Counted from the stretch's first letter, positions 50,349 to 60,670 are shown. The stretch: 64,000 nucleotides of DNA from an uncultured bacterium (GCA_963780225.1 CAWAAX010000006.1:128001-192000), one strand, 5' to 3'. A program made the numbers and translations. Notes: a model not told the origin generated them from the sequence alone.

Positions 50349-51629
50349 GTGAAAAAGATCAATTTCAAAAGCAAAAAATTATGGATCATATCCGGTGCGG
50401 TACTGCTGGTACTGATCCTGGTAATTTCCAATATCGCCCGGGGCAGCAAGAAACTTACCGTTCAGTCGGCTAAGGCTCAAAAAGGAGAGATCATCTCCAC
50501 CGTCTCGGCCCCCGGCAATGTCAAGGCCGAGACCGAGGTCCAGATCTCGGCCTATGTGATGGGCAAGATCACCAGGCTGCCGGTTAAGGAGGGAGACAAG
50601 GTCCGCCAGGGACAGATATTGGTCCAGATCGATCCCGCCAACTACGCCGCCCAGGTCAAGCAAGCCCGGGCCAGTTTGGACCTGTCCAAGGCCAATCTGT
50701 CCCAGTCCGAGCTGGTCTTCAAGCGCAACAAGGAGCTTTTCGACAAGGGGCTTTTGTCGCAGGAAGGGTTTGAACAGGTCAATACCGACTATCAGCTGAA
50801 TCAGGCCCGGGTCATCCAGGCCGAGGCTTCGCTGGAGCAGGCCCAGGACACCTACGCCAAGACCACCATCACCTCGCCCATCAACGGCACGGTGGTGCAG
50901 CTTAACGTGGAGGTTGGGGAAGTAGTGGTCACCGGCACCATGAACAACGCCGGGTCGGTGATCATGACCGTGGCCGACCTGTCGCAGATGGAGGTGGAGG
51001 CCCAGGTGGACGAGAGCGACGTCAGGGACATCAAACTGGGGCAGGAAGCCCAGGTGGAAGTGGACGCCATCATTGGCAAAACTTTTAAGGGCGAGGTCTC
51101 CGAAGTGGGCAACGCCGCCATCTCTTCCAGTTCTTCTTCAACCAGCAACGCCTCCGTCAACTACACCGTCAAGACCAGGATCATTGACAAATCAATTGAC
51201 CTCAAGTCCGGAATGTCTGCCAATGTGGAGATCACCACCGCCCATAAGAGCGGTATCATGCTGATTCCCATCCAATCGGTGGTGATGCGCAGAGTGGAGG
51301 CCGAGCGCCAGCAGGCCGAACCCAAGAAAGGCCGGGCCGCCAAGGACAAAGCTTCGCTGGCCAAGGACAGTTTGGGTGACGGCAAGAAGGCCAAGGAGAA
51401 GGAACAGGAAGTGGTCTATGTTATAGAAAAAGGCCGGGCAGTGATCACTGCGGTGAAGACCGGCGTCTCCGATCAGGATAACATCGAAGTGATAAGCGGT
51501 TTGACCGAAGATCAGGAAGTGGTAAAGGGCCCCTTCAGCGTGCTGAGGAACCTCAAGCACAACGACAAGGTAAAGACCGGCACCGCCAAGGCGGCCGGAA
51601 AAGCTGATATTAGTGGGGTAGGCAAATAA
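50349..51629 (+). CDS. MacA-like efflux periplasmic adaptor (GTG start after AGGAG)
   Basis: N-terminal TM, VKEGDKVRQGQ, ITSPINGTV, VDESD, SGMSANV. Confidence 0.9.
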   Translation: MKKINFKSKKLWIISGAVLLVLILVISNIARGSKKLTVQSAKAQKGEIISTVSAPGNVKAETEVQISAYVMGKITRLPVKEGDKVRQGQILVQIDPANYAAQVKQARASLDLSKANLSQSELVFKRNKELFDKGLLSQEGFEQVNTDYQLNQARVIQAEASLEQAQDTYAKTTITSPINGTVVQLNVEVGEVVVTGTMNNAGSVIMTVADLSQMEVEAQVDESDVRDIKLGQEAQVEVDAIIGKTFKGEVSEVGNAAISSSSSSTSNASVNYTVKTRIIDKSIDLKSGMSANVEITTAHKSGIMLIPIQSVVMRRVEAERQQAEPKKGRAAKDKASLAKDSLGDGKKAKEKEQEVVYVIEKGRAVITAVKTGVSDQDNIEVISGLTEDQEVVKGPFSVLRNLKHNDKVKTGTAKAAGKADISGVGK

Positions 51630-51633
51630 TTGT

Positions 51634-51717
51634 TATTTATTAGGAATCCAGGAAAGCATGAATACTTTACGGTGGAAACCAAGATTGATTCCTGTATTCC
51701 TGGTTTCCTTATTAAAT
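51634..51717. repeat. Inverted pair of AGGAA-type short repeat arrays
   Basis: ATTTATTAGGAATCCAGGAAAGCATGAAT ... ATTCCTGTATTCCTGGTTTCCTTATTAAAT. Confidence 0.65.
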
Positions 51718-51790
51718 ATATTCATTTTATCTTCTGCCATTGCGCAATCAACTAAATACTCTCATTAGTAATTCCGGAAAGTAGGTCCGT

Positions 51791-52471
51791 ATGATCAAAA
51801 TGGAAAACCTGTCCAAAATATATAAAATGGACGGAGTAACGGTGGACGCCCTGAAAGGGGTTTCGCTGAGCATCCAGGCCGGAGAATACGTCTCCATCAT
51901 GGGGCCTTCGGGCTCAGGCAAATCCACCCTGATGAACCTGGTGGGCTGTCTGGACACCCCCACCACCGGCAGTTATCATCTGGATGGTCTGCTGGTCTCC
52001 GAAATGGACGACGACCAGCTGGCGGTGGTGCGGAACAAGAAGATAGGCTTCGTTTTCCAGACCTTCAACCTGCTGCCCAGGTCCTCGGCCCTGCATAACG
52101 TGGAACTGCCCATGCAGTATGCCGGGGTTGATTCCGGCGTCAGGCGGGCCAAGGCGGTGGCCTCGCTGGAGTCGGTGGGGCTGGCCCACCGGATAAATCA
52201 CAAGCCCACCGAAATGTCTGGCGGCGAGCGCCAGAGGGTGTCCATCGCCCGGGCCCTGGTCAACAATCCCTCGATACTGCTGGCCGACGAGCCCACCGGG
52301 AACCTGGACAGCAAGACCGGGATCGAGATCATGGCCCTTTTCGACCGGCTGCACCAGGAAGGCAAGACGGTGATATTGGTGACCCACGACCAAAAGGTGG
52401 GCGAACATGCCCGCCGGGCGGTCCGGATATTGGACGGAGAGATCGTTTCCGACCAGACCATAAGAAAATAA
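51791..52471 (+). CDS. MacB/LolD-type ABC ATPase
   Basis: [36 protein letters not shown]. Confidence 0.95.
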   Translation: MIKMENLSKIYKMDGVTVDALKGVSLSIQAGEYVSIMGPSGSGKSTLMNLVGCLDTPTTGSYHLDGLLVSEMDDDQLAVVRNKKIGFVFQTFNLLPRSSALHNVELPMQYAGVDSGVRRAKAVASLESVGLAHRINHKPTEMSGGERQRVSIARALVNNPSILLADEPTGNLDSKTGIEIMALFDRLHQEGKTVILVTHDQKVGEHARRAVRILDGEIVSDQTIRK

Positions 52472-52477
52472 AACTCT

Positions 52478-52525
52478 TAGCTTTATGCTATCAGCCCTAA
52501 GCTTATAGCCTATAGCTACAGCTTC
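52478..52525. repeat. Degenerate heptamer repeat (AGCT-type)
   Basis: AGCCCTA AGCTTAT AGCCTAT AGCTAC AGCT; same family as 63902-63950. Confidence 0.6.
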
Positions 52526-52539
52526 AAAGGAAAAATATT

Positions 52540-53781
52540 ATGAATATTCTGGAATCGGTCAGACTGGCCTTTGACGCCATCTGGGCCCATAAACTCCGCT
52601 CTGGGCTGACCACCCTGGGAATATTGATCGGCGTCCTGACCGTGATCGGCATGCTGGCCCTGATAGACGGCTTTAATAAGATGATCGCCAAGCAGCTTTC
52701 CTCGCTGGGCACCACCACCCTCTATGTCCAGAAGCAGGGGCTGGTGATGAGCCACGAAGACTGGCTGAATACCAGGGGCCGCAAGAACCTGACCATAGAG
52801 GACGCCTACGCAGTGAGGGACAACTGTCCCTCGGTGCTGAGGGTGGCGCCTATCCTTGACAACATGTCCAATGTAAAATACGGCAAGCAGGAGGTGCTGG
52901 GCACCGAGGTCAACGGCACCACCCCCGATTACCAGTTCATCGCCGATTATGAGATCATAGACGGCCGGGCCATGTCCAATGTCGACATGACCCACAGCCG
53001 GCAGGTGGCCATGCTGGGCTCGACCGTGGTGGAAAAATTGTTCGGGCAGCAGGATCCCCTGGGCAAGGAGGTGATCATCAGCGGCAACCGGTTCGAGGTG
53101 ATAGGCCTGCTGGCGAAAAAAGGCTCTTTTCTGGGCAACGACCAGGACAACATGCTGATCATCCCCATATCCACTTATCAGAAGATATTCAGCGGTCAGG
53201 TCCGGGCCCGGGGACCGCGCAGCGGTTCGGTGACCATAGCGGTGCAACCGCTTGATCTTACTCATGTTGAACAGGCCCGGGACGAGGTCACCGAGCTGCT
53301 GCGCCGCCGCCGCAAGGTACCGCCTTCCAAACCAGACGACTTTGGAATCGTCACCGCCGATCAGATAATGGGCATATTCAAGAAGATCACCGCCGGGGTG
53401 TTCGGCCTGATGATCGGAGTTACCTTGCTGTCACTTTTAGTGGGCGGCATCGGAATCATGAACATCATGCTGGTATCGGTCAACGAGCGGATCAAGGAGA
53501 TCGGGATCCGCAAGGCCATCGGGGCCCGCAAGAAGGACATCATGCAGCAGTTCATTATTGAAGCGGTGACCCTTTCCCTGGTGGGCGGGATCACCGGGAT
53601 GATCCTGGGGTTCATCCTGGCCTGGCTGGTTTCGATTGTCATCAAACTGCCGGCCACGGTCAGCTGGTGGTCGGTGCTATTAGGCTTCGGCTTCTCGGCC
53701 GCGGTGGGGATATTCTTCGGGTGGTACCCGGCCCAGCGGGCGGCCGAGCTGGATCCGATAGAAGCGCTGAGATACGAATAA
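52540..53781 (+). CDS. MacB-like ABC permease 1
   Basis: HKLRSGLTTLGILIGV, VGGIGIMNIMLVSVNER, DPIEALRYE. Confidence 0.94.
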   Translation: MNILESVRLAFDAIWAHKLRSGLTTLGILIGVLTVIGMLALIDGFNKMIAKQLSSLGTTTLYVQKQGLVMSHEDWLNTRGRKNLTIEDAYAVRDNCPSVLRVAPILDNMSNVKYGKQEVLGTEVNGTTPDYQFIADYEIIDGRAMSNVDMTHSRQVAMLGSTVVEKLFGQQDPLGKEVIISGNRFEVIGLLAKKGSFLGNDQDNMLIIPISTYQKIFSGQVRARGPRSGSVTIAVQPLDLTHVEQARDEVTELLRRRRKVPPSKPDDFGIVTADQIMGIFKKITAGVFGLMIGVTLLSLLVGGIGIMNIMLVSVNERIKEIGIRKAIGARKKDIMQQFIIEAVTLSLVGGITGMILGFILAWLVSIVIKLPATVSWWSVLLGFGFSAAVGIFFGWYPAQRAAELDPIEALRYE

Positions 53782-53842
53782 GGGACATGTACGATGCAGG
53801 ATGCCTTTTTAAGGCGTCCTGCATTTTTTACAAGGATGAAAT

Positions 53843-55087
53843 GTGCGCTATTTAGAGGCGATAAAACTGGCCTTTGAAGCCATCAAAACCCACAAACTCC
53901 GGTCGGGCCTGACGACGCTGGGGATACTGATTGGGGTGCTGGCCATAATAGTGATGCTGTCCATGATCGACGGCCTGAACCGGATGGTGACCAAGGAGCT
54001 GGATTCCATCGGCAGCACCACGCTGTATGTCCAGAGGGAACCCTGGGGTCCCCAGGATGAAGCCGAACAACTCAAGGTCCAGAGGCGAAAGAACATCACC
54101 CTGGCCGACGCCTATGCCATCCGGGATGTTTGCCCTTCGGTGCGCCGGGTGGCCCCCAATCTGCACTTAATGACCACGGTCAGGTGCCGGGGCGAGGAAG
54201 CAATGGGCGTGCACGTCAACGGCACCACCCCGGACGACCAGTACATCGGAGACTATGAGGTCGAGATCGGCCGCCCCATGAGCTATTTTGACGTGGAGCA
54301 CAGGCGCCAGGTCTGTCTGATCGGGCCTACCATAGCCGAAAAGTTGGCTCTGGGACCGGATCCGGTGGGAAGATCCATATCGATACAGGGGAAAAGATTC
54401 GAGGTCATAGCTCTGCTCAAGAAACAGGGGGTGTTCTTGGGGAACGACAAGGACAGTTATGTGGTGATCCCCATCACCACATATATGAGATTCATCTCCG
54501 GCGAGGTCCGGGAGCGCGGAGGTTTCGGCACCTCGGTCCAGGTGGTGGTCCAGCCGGTGGATGCGGATCACGTCGCTTCCGCCCGGGATGAGATCGTCGA
54601 GCTGATGCGCCGCCGCCGCAAGGTAGCGCCCAGCAAACCGGACGACTTCAGCATAAATTCCGCCGACCAGCTGATGGCGGTTTACCGCAGCATCACCGCC
54701 GGAATATTCGGCCTGATGATCGGGGTCACGATACTGTCCCTGCTGGTGGGCGGGATAGGCATCATGAACATAATGATGGTCTCGGTGCAGGAACGCACCC
54801 GGGAGATCGGCATCAGGAAAGCCATCGGAGCCCGCCGCCGGGACATCTTGGGTCAGTTCCTGGTGGAGGCCGTGGTCCTGTCGCTGGTGGGCGGAGTGAC
54901 CGGTATGGTCCTGGGGTTCGTCATGGCTTTGATCATTTCGTTGGCCATAAAACTGCCGTCCACAGTCACCTGGTGGTCGGTGCTGCTGGGCTTCGGCTTT
55001 TCGGCCGCGGTGGGCATATTTTTCGGATGGTACCCGGCCAAAAGGGCGGCGGAAATGGACCCGATAGAAGCACTGAGATACGAATAA
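53843..55087 (+). CDS. MacB-like ABC permease 2 (GTG start), paralog of the preceding gene
   Basis: Same motifs, near-identical C-terminus. Confidence 0.93.
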   Translation: MRYLEAIKLAFEAIKTHKLRSGLTTLGILIGVLAIIVMLSMIDGLNRMVTKELDSIGSTTLYVQREPWGPQDEAEQLKVQRRKNITLADAYAIRDVCPSVRRVAPNLHLMTTVRCRGEEAMGVHVNGTTPDDQYIGDYEVEIGRPMSYFDVEHRRQVCLIGPTIAEKLALGPDPVGRSISIQGKRFEVIALLKKQGVFLGNDKDSYVVIPITTYMRFISGEVRERGGFGTSVQVVVQPVDADHVASARDEIVELMRRRRKVAPSKPDDFSINSADQLMAVYRSITAGIFGLMIGVTILSLLVGGIGIMNIMMVSVQERTREIGIRKAIGARRRDILGQFLVEAVVLSLVGGVTGMVLGFVMALIISLAIKLPSTVTWWSVLLGFGFSAAVGIFFGWYPAKRAAEMDPIEALRYE

Positions 55088-55114
55088 GGTGTCAATCTTT
55101 ACGAAGATATTTCA

Positions 55115-55266
55115 ATTGCCATGAGCTTTAGCTCGTGGCTGAAGGATCGGAAAAAACCTCTTGGGGTTTCAACCCCAGTTGGTTGATACAATATCTGACT
55201 CTCTCTGGGGCTAAAGCCCATTGGATTAAATGAAATTGCCCACCACGACCTAAAGGTCGTGGCAAT
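55115..55266. repeat. REPIN-like nested palindrome
   Basis: ATTGCCATGAGCTTTAGCTCGTGG ... GGGGTTTCAACCCC ... GGGGCTAAAGCCC ... CCACGACCTAAAGGTCGTGGCAAT. Confidence 0.75.
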
Positions 55267-55403
55267 GCTTGTACTGAGCGACCCGACTGAGTTGATAGGC
55301 TGAGCTGTAGTCGAAGCCTTATCGAAACCTATGTTTAAGTGCGGTTGACCAACGCATCATTTTTCAATGAATGCCTGACCAGGCACCAATATTTTGTCAA
55401 ACG

Positions 55404-55435
55404 AAAAAGCCCCCGGAGCGATCCGGGGGCTTTTT
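55404..55435 (+). terminator. Rho-independent terminator
   Basis: AAAAAGCCCCCGGA-GCGA-TCCGGGGGCTTTTT. Confidence 0.9.
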
Positions 55436-55468
55436 ATTATCCCCAAGGTCAGATCAATTACTTTTTGC

Positions 55469-55497
55469 TTGAAATTAACGGGATAAGCGGGTATACT
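55469..55497 (+). promoter_or_regulatory. Sigma70 promoter of the kinase-bEBP gene
   Basis: TTGAAA, 17 bp, TATACT; the predicted +1 falls at about the ATG (55505). Confidence 0.6.
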
Positions 55498-55504
55498 TCA
55501 AATA

Positions 55505-58500
55505 ATGGAACAAGCCGAAAAACATATGACAGACCTGCACTGGCGTTACCGTGTCCTGGAAAAACTGGGACAGGGCGGCGAAGGAGAAGTATATCTGGCC
55601 GAAGACAAGCTGACCGGGAATTCTGTAGTGGTGAAGTCCTCCGGCCAAAACTCCGGCCATGACCTGAAACAGGAATTCATCCGGCTATACCGGCTGAATC
55701 ATCCCGGCTTGCTTAAGGCCTACGATTTTTACCGCCAGGATGGGCATTCTTTGGCCGCCTTTGAATATTTCCCCGGGGTTACGCTGGACCGCTATGTTCA
55801 GCAGAACCAGCCCGGCAAAAAAGAACTTTGGGATATCTGGGTAAAATTGGCGGCCATTGTGGCTTACCTCCACGGGCGGGAATATATCCACGGTGACATC
55901 AAACCCGAAAATATCCTGATTGACCGGGAAGGAAAAGTAAAGCTGATAGATCTGGGCCTGGCCCGGAAAACCGGAGATGAGCCCGGCAATGGTTTTTCGG
56001 GCACCGCCGAATACTCGGCCCCCGAGGTACTTAACGGAGGAACCGGACCCACCCAGAGCTCCGATGTTTACGGCCTGGGCTTGTTGTTTTTTCTGCTGAT
56101 GGCCGGGCAGATCCCGGCGGCCAAAGACCGGCTGGAGGAAAATCAAACTTGGTGCCTTAAGCTGAGGGAGACCCTTAACAACAAGCAATCCGAGATTGGA
56201 ATAAGGACTTTGAACTATTGGCCCCAGGAAAGATACCATTCCGCGGTAGAGATGGTTCAGGCCCTGGGGCAGTCCGGTTACGGTTGTTCTTTGGAAAGGC
56301 CGGATGATTTTCGTTTTTCCTGCCAACAGCAGGCTTTGGCCAAAGCCGTGGAGCATTTGCGTCTGGGGAAACCAGGTCTGCTGAATGTTTCCGCCGGACC
56401 CGGGCGGGGGAAGACGGCTTTTTTAAAGGAGCTGAACTTTATTTTTCAGATAGCCGGTTATCCCGCGGCCTATATCAATTTCGAAACGGGAAAAGAGAAG
56501 GAAGCCTGGCCGGACATCCCGGCCGGCGCCGTTTTGCTGGTTGATGATCTAACCGGTGAAAATATCCGGGGCTGGCTAAAAAAACGGAAAGGCCAATCCG
56601 TGGTTGCAGTTGATCCGTCAAACCCGGGGACAGCCAAAACGGACAAAACTATAACCCTGGTAAAATTCCGGAAGCGGGAATATGCCTCGGTGCTATCCGG
56701 GTATTTGGCCGGGATAAGGACCTGGGAGCTGGAAAACCTGTCCGATTGGCTGTGGCACCAAGCCGGCAGTAACATCAGCTATGCCAGGTCATATCTGGAA
56801 CAATGCCAGATAAGCGCCGCCATCGGGCAAAGGCACGGTCATTGGCAGATAGACTGGCAAAAAATATTTGACGATCAGACCATTCCGGATAAGATCAACG
56901 CCGGCATAGACCGGCGCTGGCAAGAACTTGACGCTAAAGGCCGGGAAACACTGGAGGCCATTTGCCTGGAAGACAGGCCGGGATCCCCGGGGGCGGCTAG
57001 TGCGGCGGTCTTTGAACCGGAGTATTGGCTGGACGGGAACGGCCGGATAGACGGGGATATTTTAAGGGCTTTTATTCTGGAACAGATCAACCGCTCCGGA
57101 GCAAGCGGGGTAAAAGCGCCGGCAGTATTTGAGCCTAAAATGCGAATATCCCTCAATGGCCCGGTGGGCGTTTTGGGACAAGGCCAAAATGCGGCTACAG
57201 TGGCTGGACGAAGGCAAAGGCTTGTTTGAGCAGGCCAAGAGTAACAACGACCTGGAGAAGATGATTTATGTAGGGCGCCAGTTGGTTGACTCCGGCCGGC
57301 TGGACGAAGAGGAACGGGTTCAGATGACCCGGCACTTAGTGGCCCTTTACCATCGGGTAAGCCGGTGGGCTCCGGCCATAGAATTATGGGAAACATTGGC
57401 AGGATCGTTGGCCGGTGATTGGGAATATCATCAGACCTTAGCCAAGCTGTATGCCAATAAGGGCGATTATATCGCGGCGCTGGAAGCATTGGAAGAAGGA
57501 TCAAAAACTGTAAAAAATGATGACCAAAGATGCCTGCACCTGGCCGTATAAAGGCTGGGCGCTGGGCCTGCAGGGGAAGATGGAAGAAGGCGCTAACGCC
57601 TTGAACAAAGCTTTGGAAATCGCTCAGACTGGCCGGTGCTCCGGCAACGCTTATTTTGAAATATATAATTCGTGGGCCAGGCATCATCATATCTCAAACG
57701 ATTTTAATCAGGTTATCTATTGGGCCGAAAAAGCTGCCGGGATCGAAGCGCCGGACGCCATGAAAAAGGCCGAATTATATAATTTATTGGGCTACAATTT
57801 ATGGCAGACCGGGAATTTGAGCAAAGCCAAAAATATACTTAGAGCAAAGCATAGGCCTGTTGGATCAGGAAGGGCAGAATAATATTTTATGCTATGTCTT
57901 GTGCAACTTAGGTCATATAAATAGAAGCTTGAAAGATTTTAAAAACGCAATTTCATATTACCAAAGGGCGAACAGTTATTATGATTTAAATTACGGGCTT
58001 GATTTACAGGCCAACATAACCGGGAATATGGCTTTAATATATGGAAGGCTGGGCCAGATCAATATCGCCAAAGAAAAATATCTGGAAGCATATAAATTTT
58101 ATCATGAAAGCGGTAACGATCAAGGCCGGCTGATAAGCCTGGCCAACGCCGCCTTAAAAGACCAGTTTTTGGGCCAAACGGAATACGCCTTTAAAACGCT
58201 TGCTTATTGTCTGGACGCCGCGTTAAAAAAGGATTTGGATCATGCGGCCAACATCATCCGAAAAGACATTGGCATTGTTTGTATTGAAGACGGCCGGTAT
58301 GGCGAAGGGCTGGGTTCCATCAAAAGAGCGATGGCGGCGGCGGAGCAGGGGAATTTGAAAATACCCTGGGATTGCTTTTACTACGGGGCTTTGGCGGCAG
58401 GGCGCCTTAACGATCTGATAACGATGAGCGATTATTTGATCATGGCCAAAAACAAGGCCGGAGACGCAATTGAAAAAGCACAGCTTAAAATGCTGGAAGG

Positions 58501-60265
58501 ATTTTATATGGTTAAAAACGGCGATTTAAAAAACGGCATGAGTTTGGCCGTAGAGGCCGCCGGGGAGATCAAGGACGGGGGCGATCCGGCCGAATCGGCC
58601 AAGGCCTGGCTAAAAACAGGCGAAATGGCGGCAGAGTCCGATGGCTTTACTGATGCGGAAAAACTTATTCCGGGCCTGTTGACGGCCGAAGCCGAGTTCC
58701 AAAAAATGAGAGCGCCGGTTTATCTGGAGCGCACCCGGAAGGCGATCCTGACCGCCGTCCGCAATCTTTTTGCCCCGGGGAATATATTGCCCGGGACTCA
58801 ATTGCTGGAGGGCCTTTATCAGATCGCCGCTTTGCTGGACCCGGACAAGAACCAGGCCGAGCTGGCTCAAAGCTGTCTGGATGTAACGGTAAAACTGCTG
58901 AAGGCCGAAAGGGGCGGCCTGTTTTTGGCCGATGAAAATTCCAAGCTTTTTCTGGCCGCCAAGGTGGACCTGGACCCCGATACCCAGCACGACGCCCTGG
59001 AATTTTCCTCCAATGCCGTGATGTCGGCGGCCACCGGGGAAACCATGGTGGTCTCCAATGACGCCCAGCTGGATGAGTCCCTTAAATCGCGCTTAAGCGT
59101 CAAGCGCAATGCTATCCGGTCGCTGTTATGCCTGCCCTTAAAATCAAGGGAAGGAACGCTGGGGGCCATTTACCTGGATTCCCGGCTTAAAAGCGGAATA
59201 TTCAACGAGGCCCAAAGGGATTTCACCAAAGCCCTGGCCCAGATTTTGGGCGCGGTGATTGAAAGCCATCATTTGCTGGAAGAATTACGGAATAAGAACC
59301 TGGAACAGCAGGGCGCCGGTTCCAAGGCCCTGGCCGGGATGATCGGGAATTCGGCGGCGGTCAAAAACATGATCAAGCGGATCAAAGCCGCCGCGCCCAC
59401 CGATGTAACGGTGCTGTTGGACGGGGAATCGGGCACCGGCAAGGAAATGGCGGCCCAGATAGTGCACCAGCTTTCGAACCGCCGGGGTAAAAAGTTCCTG
59501 GCCTTGGATTGCGGCTCCCTGCCGGAAACGCTGTTGGAATCGGAATTGTTCGGCTATGTTAAAGGGTCGTTTACCGGGGCCAACCGGGACAAGACCGGGC
59601 TGTTTGAGGCGGCCGACGGCGGCACGGTGTTTTTGGACGAGATCGCCAGCGCCAGCTCCGGAGTGCAGGCCAGGCTGTTAAGGGTGATAGAGGCCGGGGA
59701 GATAAGGCGGGTGGGCGGCGAAACGGTTACTCCGGTGGACGTCCGGATGGTTTGCGCCACCAACAAGGACCTGGAGATTGAGATCAACGAAGGACGGTTC
59801 CGGGAAGACCTGTATTACCGGCTTAAGGTGATCAAGATAGACATCCCGCCGCTCCGGGAAAGGGGAGACGATGTGCTGATTTTGGCCGAATATTTTAAGA
59901 ACAAGTTTCAGAAAAAACATAATAAAGGCAATCTTAAATTTTCGGAAGAAGCCCGGAAGTCCATTGTAGTCCATTCCTGGCCCGGCAATATCCGGGAACT
60001 GGAAAATACCGTTCAAAAAGCGGTGCTTTTGGTGCAGGGCAAGACCATAACCGAAAAGGATCTGGAGATTGAAACCTATTTTCAGGAATCTGCCAAATCT
60101 GTAAAACAGGAGCTAAATTACAGCCAAAAAGAGAAAATAGTTAGAATTTTAGAGGCCACGAAAAATAATTATACCAAAGCGGCAAAAATTTATGGTGTTT
60201 CGGTAAGACACTTTTACCGGTTATTGGATAAATTTGGGATAAAACGTGACATAAATGTCAATTAG
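55505..60265 (+). CDS. About 1585-aa Ser/Thr kinase - P-loop - TPR - GAF - sigma54 AAA+ - HTH activator, split by three +1 frameshifts (near 57113, 57546, 57832)
   Basis: GQGGEGEVY, HGDIKPEN, DLG, APE; GPGRGKT; TPR helices continuing across ORFs 57129-57551, 57517-57882 and 57860-60265; [45 protein letters not shown]. Confidence 0.8.
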
Positions 60266-60366
60266 CCTGACATTTATGTCATAGTTGGTTAATATATTAC
60301 ATAATAACATGTTATATAATATTTCGTATGTAGATATTTGGGAAACAGGACATTTATGTCCTGTTT
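60247..60366. promoter_or_regulatory. Three palindromic enhancer-like sites (putative bEBP UAS)
   Basis: TGACATAAATGTCA (60247-60260), TGACATTTATGTCA (60268-60281), GGACATTTATGTCC (60348-60361). Confidence 0.75.
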
Positions 60367-60471
60367 TTTGATTTATCTAAAAGACGTCCAGATAAAACAT
60401 GGAATCTAACATAGAGCTTAAGGTATTGCATACAAAAGAATTAGCCGATAGACTATCGTTTAATTTTGTCG

Positions 60472-60487
60472 TGGCATGAAAATTGTA
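60472..60487 (+). promoter_or_regulatory. Sigma54 -24/-12 promoter
   Basis: TGGCAT-GAAAA-TTGTA: GG-N10-GT, correct spacing, one deviation from TTGC. Confidence 0.65.
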
Positions 60488-60532
60488 TATATATAGTAGA
60501 GTAAACATAAATTTTAATCCAAGGAGCTTCCA

Positions 60533-60670
60533 ATGAAAAAGACAGTATTTCTCGTTTTGGCTACTTTCGTGTTACTGAGTGCCATAGTCATTCCGGCGCA
60601 TTCGGCCAATAATCCCATAACAATAACCAGCGATGACCCCCTGCCGATGCCCCTGCCCCCGCGATATTAA
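60533..60670 (+). CDS. 45-aa secreted proline-rich peptide precursor (not in the ORF track)
   Basis: AAGGAG RBS; MKKTVFLVLATFVLLSAIVIPAHSANNPITITSDDPLPMPLPPRY. Sec signal peptide plus about 20-aa tail. Confidence 0.8.
   Translation: MKKTVFLVLATFVLLSAIVIPAHSANNPITITSDDPLPMPLPPRY

Noticed and set aside
55339..55662. 107-aa ORF upstream of the kinase
   Set aside because: Runs through a terminator and promoter and overlaps the kinase out of frame.
57100..57860. Programmed ribosomal frameshifting in the giant activator
   Set aside because: Three successive +1 shifts with no slippery heptamer or stimulatory structure seen; error or decay is more parsimonious.
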